Virus record (IMG/VR): IMGVR_UViG_3300001847_000838
Span: 90,296 to 121,191 of that record
Length of the DNA: 30,896 nt
Reading direction: 5' to 3' (one strand)
From: a virus
Both the position numbers and the translations under genes were made by a program. Of the stretch, positions 14,471-23,866 are shown one piece after another (the stretch's first letter is position 1; every line of letters begins with the position of its first letter). The notes beneath the pieces are model-generated. The model saw only the letters and a program-made list of their open reading frames with translations. It ran no database searches and was not told the origin of the DNA.

Positions 14471-16666
14471 TTACAGGACTATAGCAAAGTAATAAGCTGC
14501 CTTATTTATGGCTGCTTGCTGAGCTGTTGATACGGGCTTATTTATATCAGAAGTATTGTCTACGTTTCCAAGACCCACATCAGATTTAGTTATATTTATA
14601 TCAGACGTTAATGCATATCCATTTATTTGTCTGGTAGTAGGTACATAGCTTGATAAGGTTGAATTTCTAACAAAAGCACCAGTTCCAATGCCTGTGTATT
14701 CTGCGTTAGTTAAATGATAATATTGATTAGAAGTTCCACCCTGTAACCCAGCAATTTCATTATGAGAAAGTACCAGCGGAGTATGAAAATGACTATAATT
14801 TTGTGTTCCAGAATGCAAAATATGCAATGTTACGTTGCTTGTTTCGGTTGTTGTTCCGTAAACTTTTATCACTAATTTATCTGTGGCATTACAGCTAAAT
14901 TCAGGCTGTACAGTTGTGGCTGCTACTAGCTGAACAGAAGTCCAATTTATATAGAGGCTTTCAGCTGAAAAAAGAAAAGTCTCTACTCCACTTGATGTTC
15001 TAGTATAAACTTCTGTAAATACATGCGCATGCAGTGTGTCTACATACGTAAAGTAGTTAAACTCCCAAATACCAGGATCTACTGTTGTTTTACCAATTGC
15101 AGAGTCAGATATATAAGAATGCAGTAAAACTGTATTATTGTTTACAACAACAGTTTCATCTACTTCAGCTGCGGTATCTGGTGTTTTTGAAATTGTTTCA
15201 TAGCCAGCAATTCCGCCTGAAGTTGTTGATAAAAAATAAGTAACACCTGGTCCAGCATTAACAACAGCGCCGGAAGAATTTACCCAACTTGTGCCATTGT
15301 ATTTAAGTAATTGATCTGTAACTGGACTAGAAATTACTACATCACTTAAATCATTTAAGCTAGCATTAGCTCCTGTGGTAATTAAACCTTTAGAATCATA
15401 TGTAATTTTTGTATAAGTACCACCAACTATAACACTATTTGCTTCAACTTTAGTATCTGCATAAGTTTTTACAGCATGCTGTGTTGGATATAAAGTAGAA
15501 GAATCAGAAGATAAAGATGTATCATTCGATTTATTTGTTAGGTCTTCTTTTCCATCTAATGCCGATTGTGTGCTTGTTGAAATGGGTTTATCAAGATCTG
15601 ATGTGTTATCGACGTTCCCAAGACCTACATCTGTTTTTGTTAAATTAACATCTGAGGTTAAAGCATATCCATTAATTTGTCTACTTGATGGCACAAAACC
15701 GGAAAAGGTATTTGCTAATAAATCTAAAGCTTGTGATACTTTTGTTGGTACAGTAGACCAATCACCCGGTGTAGAGGGCGAGTATTTTATGCCGCTGGCT
15801 TCATCAAAGTATATAAGAGTTGGGCCTGTTACTGTGAGATTAACTAACGCAGAAACATCTGCAGTTACAGTTCCGGTTCCAGTTATGGTGGAGCCTTGGC
15901 CTAATGTTCCTAGCATGAATAAATTACCGTCAACTTGTGCTGACATTGACGCAAACAAACAGCTTTGAAGTAAAGTAAGGCCATTTGAACGAACCCTATT
16001 AGAATAAGGACCACCTACAAATTGGCAACTTTCTAAAATTAAAACGCTATCTGTGTCAAAACCATCCGCAAAAGAATTTATTATTCTTATTGATTGAGGA
16101 CCTGGTGGCAAACTATCTGTTCTTTTTACAGGATATTGACCGTTTGACAGTATAATATTAACAATTCCACCTAATCCTAAATCAAAATTTATCCGCGTTG
16201 AAACATTTACTCCATCCATTAAAAATGTTTCATCTGAAGCTCCAGTAGAAGTATAGTTGATTTGAGCAGAAATGGTTGCTGTATTGCGAATACAAGTTAC
16301 ACTAATACTTTTATTGGCTTGTACAGGCCAATTAATGGTTGAACCAGAATAAGTTCCAGGCGCTAAAAATATTACGTAGTCGCCTGCAGCTGCGCTAGAA
16401 AGAACTGAAACAGCATATTGCAACGTTTGATATGGTCTAGGTTCCGCACCAGTTCCAGTAGAATCGCTTCCGTTGCTTGCATCTACATAAACTTGTAAAG
16501 GGTTTTTATAGTTTACAAGTGATGCTAAGCTGTCTAAAGCTTGCGCAACTTTAGAAGGTACTGTAGGCCAATTTGCAGAAGTAGCTGGAGTGTAATTTAA
16601 GTAGTCAGCATCTGTGGATGGAACTAAATCTAAATTTCCAGTTACTGGGTTAAATTTAATCGGCAT
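14471..16666 (-). CDS. Fibre-like structural protein with a beta-helix-like domain (731 aa)
   Basis: VYVDASNGSD..G....PYQTLQ.A motif preceding beta-helix-like repeats; two VGLGNVDNTSD phage tail repeats; LNDLSDV and W.N fibre motifs. Confidence 0.8.
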   Translation of the reverse strand: MPIKFNPVTGNLDLVPSTDADYLNYTPATSANWPTVPSKVAQALDSLASLVNYKNPLQVYVDASNGSDSTGTGAEPRPYQTLQYAVSVLSSAAAGDYVIFLAPGTYSGSTINWPVQANKSISVTCIRNTATISAQINYTSTGASDETFLMDGVNVSTRINFDLGLGGIVNIILSNGQYPVKRTDSLPPGPQSIRIINSFADGFDTDSVLILESCQFVGGPYSNRVRSNGLTLLQSCLFASMSAQVDGNLFMLGTLGQGSTITGTGTVTADVSALVNLTVTGPTLIYFDEASGIKYSPSTPGDWSTVPTKVSQALDLLANTFSGFVPSSRQINGYALTSDVNLTKTDVGLGNVDNTSDLDKPISTSTQSALDGKEDLTNKSNDTSLSSDSSTLYPTQHAVKTYADTKVEANSVIVGGTYTKITYDSKGLITTGANASLNDLSDVVISSPVTDQLLKYNGTSWVNSSGAVVNAGPGVTYFLSTTSGGIAGYETISKTPDTAAEVDETVVVNNNTVLLHSYISDSAIGKTTVDPGIWEFNYFTYVDTLHAHVFTEVYTRTSSGVETFLFSAESLYINWTSVQLVAATTVQPEFSCNATDKLVIKVYGTTTETSNVTLHILHSGTQNYSHFHTPLVLSHNEIAGLQGGTSNQYYHLTNAEYTGIGTGAFVRNSTLSSYVPTTRQINGYALTSDINITKSDVGLGNVDNTSDINKPVSTAQQAAINKAAYYFAIVL

Positions 16667-19600
16667 TATGTCCTCACCACTGAAGAAATTGAATTTTTAG
16701 AAGCATCAGTGTAATTTACAGTTATTGTAGCAACCGTAGTTAAACCAGTTTTGTAAACATAAACTTCTTGTGTAGTTGTTGGATACGTTGCCGCAATATT
16801 ATCATAGTTATATGGTACTAATGTGTTAGTTTGCAGTACATTTGCCGTACCGTTTACTGATACGGAACCAATTAAATTTGAACCAGCAGGAATGGAAGGC
16901 AATGAGGTTACTGCTACGTTTGGCGTACCAGAAATTGTAGCAGTTACGTTGCCGGAATCGACTACTGTGTGCAAATTTGTTCCAGTAGCTTGAACTACTG
17001 TAAAGTTGCCAGAACCAGCATTTGCTGTAATCGTGCCACTAACTGGTTGTGTGGTAGCGCTGCCGTCTACTTTTACCGCAGTACTATTGCCACCTTGTAT
17101 GGCTAATGGTGATGTTAATTTAGAATCTATGGATGCTAAAGACGCATTTGCAGTAGATTGATTAGCTGATGTGGCAGCTCCAGTTGGTAAAGATACAGTT
17201 CCTGAGATATTATTAATATTCCAAGTTCCAGATTGCGAGGCTCCTACCGTGCCAGTTACAGTAGCGTTTAAATTTGCAGCTGTTGCTTGAACTACTGTAA
17301 AATTACCCGTGCCAGCGTTGGCTGTAACTGTGCCTGAAACTGGTTGAGTAGCTGGAAAGTTAGATACAGAAACAGAGCCTGATACTGGTAATGGATTTCC
17401 ACTATCATTTTTAACTTCAACTTCTACTGAAGAAGTTATGGCTACGTTTTGAGTAGATGGGAAATTGCTAACTGAAACAGAACCAATGGCATTTGCACCA
17501 GCAGGCAAGCTAGGTAAGGAAGTAACCCCAACTGTGCCAATTGCATTAGAGCCAGCATTTAAGCCTACGTTCCAAGTACCTGATTGAGCAGCATTTACTG
17601 TACCCGTAACAGTTTGAGTTGCAGGAAAATTTGATACAGAGACCGAACCAATGGCATTTGCACCAGCAGGTAATGATGGTAAAGAAGTTACCGCTACGTT
17701 TGGCGTTCCAGAAATTGTAGCAGTTACGTTGTTAGCTACAGTTTGGTGTGAAGCTACAAGAGTTACATAGCTAATTGTTGCGCTTACTACACCAGTAACA
17801 ACGCGAGCACGAATATATCTAAACTGAGAACCTGAATAGTTTGTTGAAACAGGAGTAGAGCCGCCTGTTACACCAGTTACTTGAGTCAATCCTTGTACCC
17901 AGTTAATATTGTCGTCAGATCCATCTAATGCAAAAGTTACAGCAGAACCACCTGCACCTTGGTTAACAATCATTGTATAAGCAGCATATCCATCGCAATA
18001 TAAGGCTGCTGAAGCGCTGTTTGTTGTTGCAGGGTTAATAGTTCTATCAATTATGTTACGTTCGTAAATACCATTAGCAGTTGAACGAGTACTAGAAATG
18101 GTTCTTGTAAAACTTGGCGTAGTTCCACCAATTGTTTCAACATATCTAAAATATGAACCGTCTAGTTTTAAAGCAGGAGTTTGATAAAAACCAACTGCTG
18201 TAATACGAGGCATTTGATAAACAGTATTCCAGTTTACGTTATCTGTACTAGATTGAACTGAAAAATCGTATGTTTGACCTGTACCAGAAGTTACGGTTAC
18301 CGCTACGTTTAAGCTTACAGCCACACCTTGAGTAACAGTTTTTGTTGCCGATGTTGTAGTTGCTGTAATTGCAGCAGATGCCTGTTCAGCTACCTGATAT
18401 AATGTATTTTCGTTAACCGCACCAATTGTGTTAGCGCCAGCAGCTAAAGCACCTGTAATTGCTGAAATATTTGATACGTTAACTGAATTACCATAACCAG
18501 TTAATTGTAATGGTTGTCCTAATGTACCAACTACACCTTGAACAGTAAGAACAGTACCGGTTGTGGTAACTTGAATACGCATCCACTTAAACCCATTAGG
18601 CATAACTCTATAGGTTGAAGCAGCTGTCATTGTTAATGCGCCGGCGTTGTTGTTTAATGCAAGATCTTGTACTGGCAAAGATACCCAAGTTGTAAGAGTT
18701 GGGTCATTAGTACCTTGTGCAGTTAAAACTGTTGTAGTAACAGCAGAAATTTGAATATCTACTTCCGAAAAACCACTAACATCAATTGGACCAGATAATG
18801 TATTACCGGCAGTTACTGAATATACCCAAGGTAGTAATACGCGAGTATTTGGTACGTTTGCTGGAGTAACAAAAGCATACGCCGTACCGGATGTGTAAGA
18901 GGTCATATTGGCTCTTACATAAATTTGCTGACTTGTAGCACTTGTAATATTAAGAAGTGCAGGATTTATTAAATACAATCCATTAGCTGTGGTAGTAGAA
19001 GTTTGAGCAGAACTTGCAGGAGAAGCTATTGGATTTGTAGCTAAGCTAAACCAACTAATATTATCTAACGAGTATTGAAACGTAATTGTTCCAACCCATG
19101 CTGTAGTAGCAGCAGGACCATTTGTAATTGTTAAATAATAAGATCCGCCACTGTTTAAAATATATGTGACTGTAGAATTAAGAGAAGCTAAGTTGTTGGC
19201 AGTAGGAGTAGAAATTATTGAACCAGGAGATGCAATAACAGGCAAGTTAGCTTGATCTGTAGCTAAAACAACCGGCAAAGAATTGGCTGATACAGTTTTT
19301 CCTTTAGATGGTAGTTTTGTATCAAGAGAAGCTGTGCTTGTTTGAATAGCAGACAAAGAAGTATTGCCAGTTGTTTGTAAGGCCGAAGTCGAAGCGCCAG
19401 TCGGTAAACTTACTGTACCCGCTATATTGTTTATATTCCAAGTACCAGACTGAGAGACTGGAACAGCAGATTGGTTTGATGCTATAGTTACAGGCAAAGA
19501 GTTGGCCATAGTATTTTGGCCAACTACTCCAGATATGTCACCGAGAGCGGTGGTGAGGGCACCTGACGGCGTGACCTTCACATTTACATAACCTCCTCCA

Positions 19601-20751
19601 CCTCCTGTAGTTCTCCCTGTAATAACAGATCTATTTAGTGCAGCTAATGTATAATCTGTTATAATAGCATTTATATTGTCTAAGTTAGAAGTTGTTCCTG
19701 CTGCCCAACAGGCAGTATAAATTGTAAGCAAAGTAGCATCTGCAGATGTTTTTGACACATCTACTGTCATTGGTAAATTTGGATTAGCAACAGAAGGGTT
19801 TAAAGAGCTGTTAGGCTGTTTGATTGTATGAAAATTTATCCAAGTTCCATCGGGAGAAAAAACATCAAATAAAATTGATCCAGAACCTAACCAAGCAAAT
19901 CTTATTCTAAATAAATTACTAAAAGTTAAATTTATAGCTTCAGGAGTTCCATTTCTTTTAAAATTAGAATTACTGTTTCCATCTAAAAGATCGTTATTAA
20001 AACTAGAAATAGGTATAAAAGTGTCTGATCCAGAAGTTCTTTTAGTTAAACCAAAAGTAGTTCCATTATAACCTATAAAAAAGCCATTGTTTGTATCATA
20101 TATGCCAATTCTTTGATAAGAATTGGCAGAAGTCGGAGTAGTAAAAGCTGCAGTAAAATACGCATAAATTTCATTTGCAGGACGATACTCAACCGTTTGA
20201 ACAGATATACCCTTAGCGGATGATGTAGTAGCTGTGCTTGTTGAGTACAAAGTGTGGCCATTTGTTTGGGTTACCGATCCTCCTCCGCTTATAGTATTTG
20301 TAATCAAATTTGTATCAAGGGTACTTTCAAAATTAACTTCTATTTGATTATACTTACTAGCAAAAATTGTAGATCCAAGAACATCAGTTCCAGCCGCTGT
20401 GGTTATATTGGCGTTTAAAGTTCCAGTAACTGGAATAGCAGTCTGATCGGAGGCAATAACTACCGGAGCAGAGTTAGCCATTAAATTCTGGCCCACAACA
20501 TCATAAATAATAAGCAGCTTATCAGAACCACTCATTGACGATGTGTTGTAAGCTAAAGTCAACACTGTTCCAGATAAGTTGGTTAAGCCATATTGAGACT
20601 GCCCTACGACGTATATTATCTGATTCTTATCTATGTTTATGATAGCGTACAGTTTCTTTACGTTGAAACCCGATATTCCGTAAAGATCTACTGTCCCTAC
20701 TCCAGCGGCTCCAGGGCTAAATGTATATGAGGGGGTTATACTTTGTTTCAT
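16666..20751 (-). CDS. Long fibre/appendage structural protein (1361 aa)
   Basis: Shares repeat modules with the 1045-aa protein; four tandem ~100-aa domains with S.D...W and (Y/W).R motifs. Confidence 0.8.
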   Translation of the reverse strand: MKQSITPSYTFSPGAAGVGTVDLYGISGFNVKKLYAIINIDKNQIIYVVGQSQYGLTNLSGTVLTLAYNTSSMSGSDKLLIIYDVVGQNLMANSAPVVIASDQTAIPVTGTLNANITTAAGTDVLGSTIFASKYNQIEVNFESTLDTNLITNTISGGGSVTQTNGHTLYSTSTATTSSAKGISVQTVEYRPANEIYAYFTAAFTTPTSANSYQRIGIYDTNNGFFIGYNGTTFGLTKRTSGSDTFIPISSFNNDLLDGNSNSNFKRNGTPEAINLTFSNLFRIRFAWLGSGSILFDVFSPDGTWINFHTIKQPNSSLNPSVANPNLPMTVDVSKTSADATLLTIYTACWAAGTTSNLDNINAIITDYTLAALNRSVITGRTTGGGGGYVNVKVTPSGALTTALGDISGVVGQNTMANSLPVTIASNQSAVPVSQSGTWNINNIAGTVSLPTGASTSALQTTGNTSLSAIQTSTASLDTKLPSKGKTVSANSLPVVLATDQANLPVIASPGSIISTPTANNLASLNSTVTYILNSGGSYYLTITNGPAATTAWVGTITFQYSLDNISWFSLATNPIASPASSAQTSTTTANGLYLINPALLNITSATSQQIYVRANMTSYTSGTAYAFVTPANVPNTRVLLPWVYSVTAGNTLSGPIDVSGFSEVDIQISAVTTTVLTAQGTNDPTLTTWVSLPVQDLALNNNAGALTMTAASTYRVMPNGFKWMRIQVTTTGTVLTVQGVVGTLGQPLQLTGYGNSVNVSNISAITGALAAGANTIGAVNENTLYQVAEQASAAITATTTSATKTVTQGVAVSLNVAVTVTSGTGQTYDFSVQSSTDNVNWNTVYQMPRITAVGFYQTPALKLDGSYFRYVETIGGTTPSFTRTISSTRSTANGIYERNIIDRTINPATTNSASAALYCDGYAAYTMIVNQGAGGSAVTFALDGSDDNINWVQGLTQVTGVTGGSTPVSTNYSGSQFRYIRARVVTGVVSATISYVTLVASHQTVANNVTATISGTPNVAVTSLPSLPAGANAIGSVSVSNFPATQTVTGTVNAAQSGTWNVGLNAGSNAIGTVGVTSLPSLPAGANAIGSVSVSNFPSTQNVAITSSVEVEVKNDSGNPLPVSGSVSVSNFPATQPVSGTVTANAGTGNFTVVQATAANLNATVTGTVGASQSGTWNINNISGTVSLPTGAATSANQSTANASLASIDSKLTSPLAIQGGNSTAVKVDGSATTQPVSGTITANAGSGNFTVVQATGTNLHTVVDSGNVTATISGTPNVAVTSLPSIPAGSNLIGSVSVNGTANVLQTNTLVPYNYDNIAATYPTTTQEVYVYKTGLTTVATITVNYTDASKNSISSVVRT
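17390..17460. repeat. 71-bp exact repeat shared between two fibre genes (copy 2)
   Basis: Identical to 13095-13165. Confidence 0.9.
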
Positions 20752-20759
20752 CCGCGTTC

Positions 20760-20969
20760 CTATCCGTAGACTAACGAGTTGATGATTGAATTTACGTTAT
20801 TAGTAGGAGCCCAGTCATTATTGTTAGGCCCAAATTTATGATATTCAGCACTACCGTCTGTCATTACAGCAAGAGACCCTATTGGTGCTTCAATTGGAGA
20901 AGAAATAGGGTTTTCATCTACTTCTAAAATAAGGATTTCATTTACTGTGATCTCACCTAAAATAGCCAT
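20760..20969 (-). CDS. 69-aa protein homologous to the N-terminal module of the 862-aa fibre (putative adaptor)
   Basis: MAILGEITVNEILILEVDENP...APIGSLAVMTDGS..Y.K.G.....W aligns with residues 1-58 of the 862-aa protein. Confidence 0.8.
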   Translation of the reverse strand: MAILGEITVNEILILEVDENPISSPIEAPIGSLAVMTDGSAEYHKFGPNNNDWAPTNNVNSIINSLVYG

Positions 20970-20984
20970 GATAAGCTCCGCAAA

Positions 20985-21185
20985 TTAACCATCAATCTTT
21001 TTAATTATTGCTTTAGATAGTTTTACTTTTGGTGAACTCCACAATGCATTAAGCTCATTTGAGTATTCTGGATGACATGAAATGCATAAAAACTCTCTGG
21101 AGCTGATGTCTTCGCCTTCCTGTATGCAAATGATTTCGTTTATATTTTTGTTTTTTTTACATGCATTGCATCGTTGGCTAGCCAT
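20985..21185 (-). CDS. Small CxxC...CxxC Zn-finger-like protein
   Basis: CNAC...CISC; AGGAG SD. Confidence 0.7.
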   Translation of the reverse strand: MASQRCNACKKNKNINEIICIQEGEDISSREFLCISCHPEYSNELNALWSSPKVKLSKAIIKKIDG

Positions 21186-21213
21186 ACATCAGCTCCTGAG
21201 TTTTAGTTGCTAG

Positions 21214-23802
21214 TTATGGAAGAGTAATAACTGTATAGGTTACTGTCCAATCTACGTTGTTATTAGCTGCAGCGTTTACTCTTATTCGTGCTGAAGTTCC
21301 ACTAACATCTAAAGTTCCATTCCAAGATGCTTGATCTTCAGATGTATAATCAGATTGCAAGTTAAGAATAGTTACAGTTCCACTTACGTTTTTAAAACGA
21401 GCACTACGTATATAAACTGCAGAATCCCCACTTGCTCCAGAAGTACCTCCAGTTCTTCTTCCTACTATCTGAGCTTGTACTAAAATAGCAGAATTAGAAG
21501 CAACTGAAATACTAGCAAGTGTTGTGACGGTTGCATCGGTAGTACTAACTTGCGCTTGAGACATTTCCCAATTAGCTTTAGTTGCACTAGAATCTACATA
21601 TTTCATAGAGCCACGGAAAAAAGAACTTCCGTTAACATCCAAGGATCTAGCTGGAGCGTTAGTTCCAATACCTAAACGATTATTTGAGTCATCCCAAAAG
21701 AGATTGGCATTATCTTGTCCAGGAAGACCATTTGCATCAGCAAAAAACACAGAACCTTGAGTCAAGGCAGAGTGCTCTACGATAGCGCCGGAACTAGAGA
21801 TCATAATGCGGTTGTTATTTAACGCAGCGCTACTGTTAGTACCACCGTTAGCAATTGGAAGAACACCAGACACGTCAGCGGTTAAGCTAACAGCAGCCCA
21901 AGACAAATTACCAGATCCGTCATTGTGCATAACAGAGTTAGCAGCACCTTGCGTCAATGGTAGTATATAGTTATGCGAGGTCGCGCCGTTACCTACATAT
22001 AGACCGATGTTCTTGCTAGCATCTGGGCTATAAAAAGCGGCTTTACCGTCTGGGTTAAGTACCAATCTGTTAAGAGAGCTATTAGAAGAAGACCCAGAAA
22101 CGCCCCCTGCTGGAGATACCTGAAACGCAATGATTCCACCAAGCCCCGTTCCAGTAGATTCACCAGATTTAATAGTTAAGCTACCAGAAGCTAAGTCAGT
22201 GCCAACCATTTGAGCAGTCTTAATGACACCAGTTTGTGCGCTAGATGCTGTACCGCCACCTAAGAATACAATATGGTTAGATGCAGTATTACTGTTTAGC
22301 TGAAGAGTAGTAACGGCAGTAGCAGTTGCGTTGGGAACAGTTCTAAGTAACAAACGTGTTCCATTAGCGCCTACACCATAATTTTCATTGGCAACTCCAT
22401 TTATTTGAGCGCCTTGAATATAACTAGACCCATCATATCCAGCAAAAGTTATAGACCCTAAAGTATCGCCACTTTGAACTGCTGCGCCAGCTCTTTGTTT
22501 TCTAAGAGACAAAAATGGGTTATTTGTGTTTGCTCCAGTGTGTTCAATCCATTGACCTACGTTAGCAGCCGCTGATCCACGAATATGAAGTTTAGCTTGT
22601 AAGGAACTGTTTATACCAATACCAAGCTGTGCGTTGGTAGAATCCCAGAAAAAGTTAGCATTATCTTGTCCAGGAAGACCATTTGCGTTAGCAAAAAATA
22701 CAGATCCCTGAGTAAGAGCTGAATGCTCTACAATAGCTCCACTGCTGGAGATCATAATTCTATTGTTATTTAGAGCGGTGCTAGAGTTAGTACCGCCGTT
22801 AGCGATTGGTAATACGCCGGATACATCAGCGGTTAAGCTGACTGCACTAGAAGACAAATTACCATTTGAATCGCTATGTACAACTCCCGTACTAAGAGCG
22901 CGTACACGAGCATTACCGTTAACATCGAGAGCTACGCTAGGAGCGTTTGTGCTAATACCCAAACGGTCATTGATCGCATCCCAAAACAAGTTGGATTCGG
23001 AATTGATCTTATTAGCATCTTTGTAAAATGCTACTTGACCTGCAACTCCAACGTCTGCATCATCTCGCATAACAAAAGTTCCGCTTGCATCAGCGAACTT
23101 TTGAACACGACCGGCAGAAAGATTTGCTAAACTAAGACTATTACTATAAGCTACATTTGGAGCTAACAGCTCATAACCGTTTCGGTCAGAGCTTACTTTT
23201 AAATAACCAGTAATAAGACTATTTTCTTCAAATTCCAGCCCCGAACCACCAGCCGAAGTGGCGGCTCCACCTTTATTTAAAGTAATAAGTTTGTCTTTAA
23301 TTTGGGTGTTAGTAGAGTTAAGGTATACTAGAGATCCATTAACCGTTAAATCACCATTAACTATAACGTTATTACCAAAAGTTTTATCACCATTTATGGT
23401 TTGAGCGCCTTCAGTCAAAACAAAGCTAGCGCTTGCTCCACTAATTGCTGGGACAGTATATATTTGAGCTGAAGAACGAGAAGCTGCTTCAATTTGAATA
23501 GCAACACTTCCAGATCCTTGAGATACAGCGTCATCAAGAGTTTGACCACTGGCGTTAGTGTTGTAAATAGGTAGTTTTAAATAATCACCTACTGCAATCC
23601 CGCCATCTGCAGCTGTAGAGATTTTATCCCAGGCAGTATCGGAGGATCCCGTTTTAATATATGCTCTACCTACATTAGAGCCATCTTCCCATACCGCTAA
23701 AGACCCCACTTCAGCAGAAGTTCCAGCTCCATCAGCTGGATTAGCATCGACAACAAGATATTTCTTTTCGCCAATAGTTATTAAATTTAATATGTTAGCC
23801 AT
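21214..23802 (-). CDS. Tail-fibre-like structural protein (862 aa)
   Basis: QTINGDKTF, GDLTVNG, GVLPIANGGT, FWD...RLGIGTNAP..LDVNG fibre motifs; 66-aa internal duplication; AAGGAG SD. Confidence 0.85.
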   Translation of the reverse strand: MANILNLITIGEKKYLVVDANPADGAGTSAEVGSLAVWEDGSNVGRAYIKTGSSDTAWDKISTAADGGIAVGDYLKLPIYNTNASGQTLDDAVSQGSGSVAIQIEAASRSSAQIYTVPAISGASASFVLTEGAQTINGDKTFGNNVIVNGDLTVNGSLVYLNSTNTQIKDKLITLNKGGAATSAGGSGLEFEENSLITGYLKVSSDRNGYELLAPNVAYSNSLSLANLSAGRVQKFADASGTFVMRDDADVGVAGQVAFYKDANKINSESNLFWDAINDRLGISTNAPSVALDVNGNARVRALSTGVVHSDSNGNLSSSAVSLTADVSGVLPIANGGTNSSTALNNNRIMISSSGAIVEHSALTQGSVFFANANGLPGQDNANFFWDSTNAQLGIGINSSLQAKLHIRGSAAANVGQWIEHTGANTNNPFLSLRKQRAGAAVQSGDTLGSITFAGYDGSSYIQGAQINGVANENYGVGANGTRLLLRTVPNATATAVTTLQLNSNTASNHIVFLGGGTASSAQTGVIKTAQMVGTDLASGSLTIKSGESTGTGLGGIIAFQVSPAGGVSGSSSNSSLNRLVLNPDGKAAFYSPDASKNIGLYVGNGATSHNYILPLTQGAANSVMHNDGSGNLSWAAVSLTADVSGVLPIANGGTNSSAALNNNRIMISSSGAIVEHSALTQGSVFFADANGLPGQDNANLFWDDSNNRLGIGTNAPARSLDVNGSSFFRGSMKYVDSSATKANWEMSQAQVSTTDATVTTLASISVASNSAILVQAQIVGRRTGGTSGASGDSAVYIRSARFKNVSGTVTILNLQSDYTSEDQASWNGTLDVSGTSARIRVNAAANNNVDWTVTYTVITLP
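21691..22839. repeat. 66-codon internal duplication (21691-21888 and 22642-22839)
   Basis: SLTADVSGVLPIANGGTNSS.ALNNNRIMISSSGAIVEHSALTQGSVFFA.ANGLPGQDNAN.FWD; 63/66 aa identical with many synonymous differences. Confidence 0.9.
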
Positions 23803-23866
23803 TTATTTTTATCTCCTTAAGATAAAAGATTATCTTTATTAAGTAAAAACTTTATATTACAAATAC

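Noticed and set aside
11321-23802. Diversity-generating retroelement or invertase shufflon behind the fibre repeats
   Set aside because: No reverse transcriptase or recombinase in the window; repeats are direct, in frame, and differ at synonymous positions rather than only at adenines.
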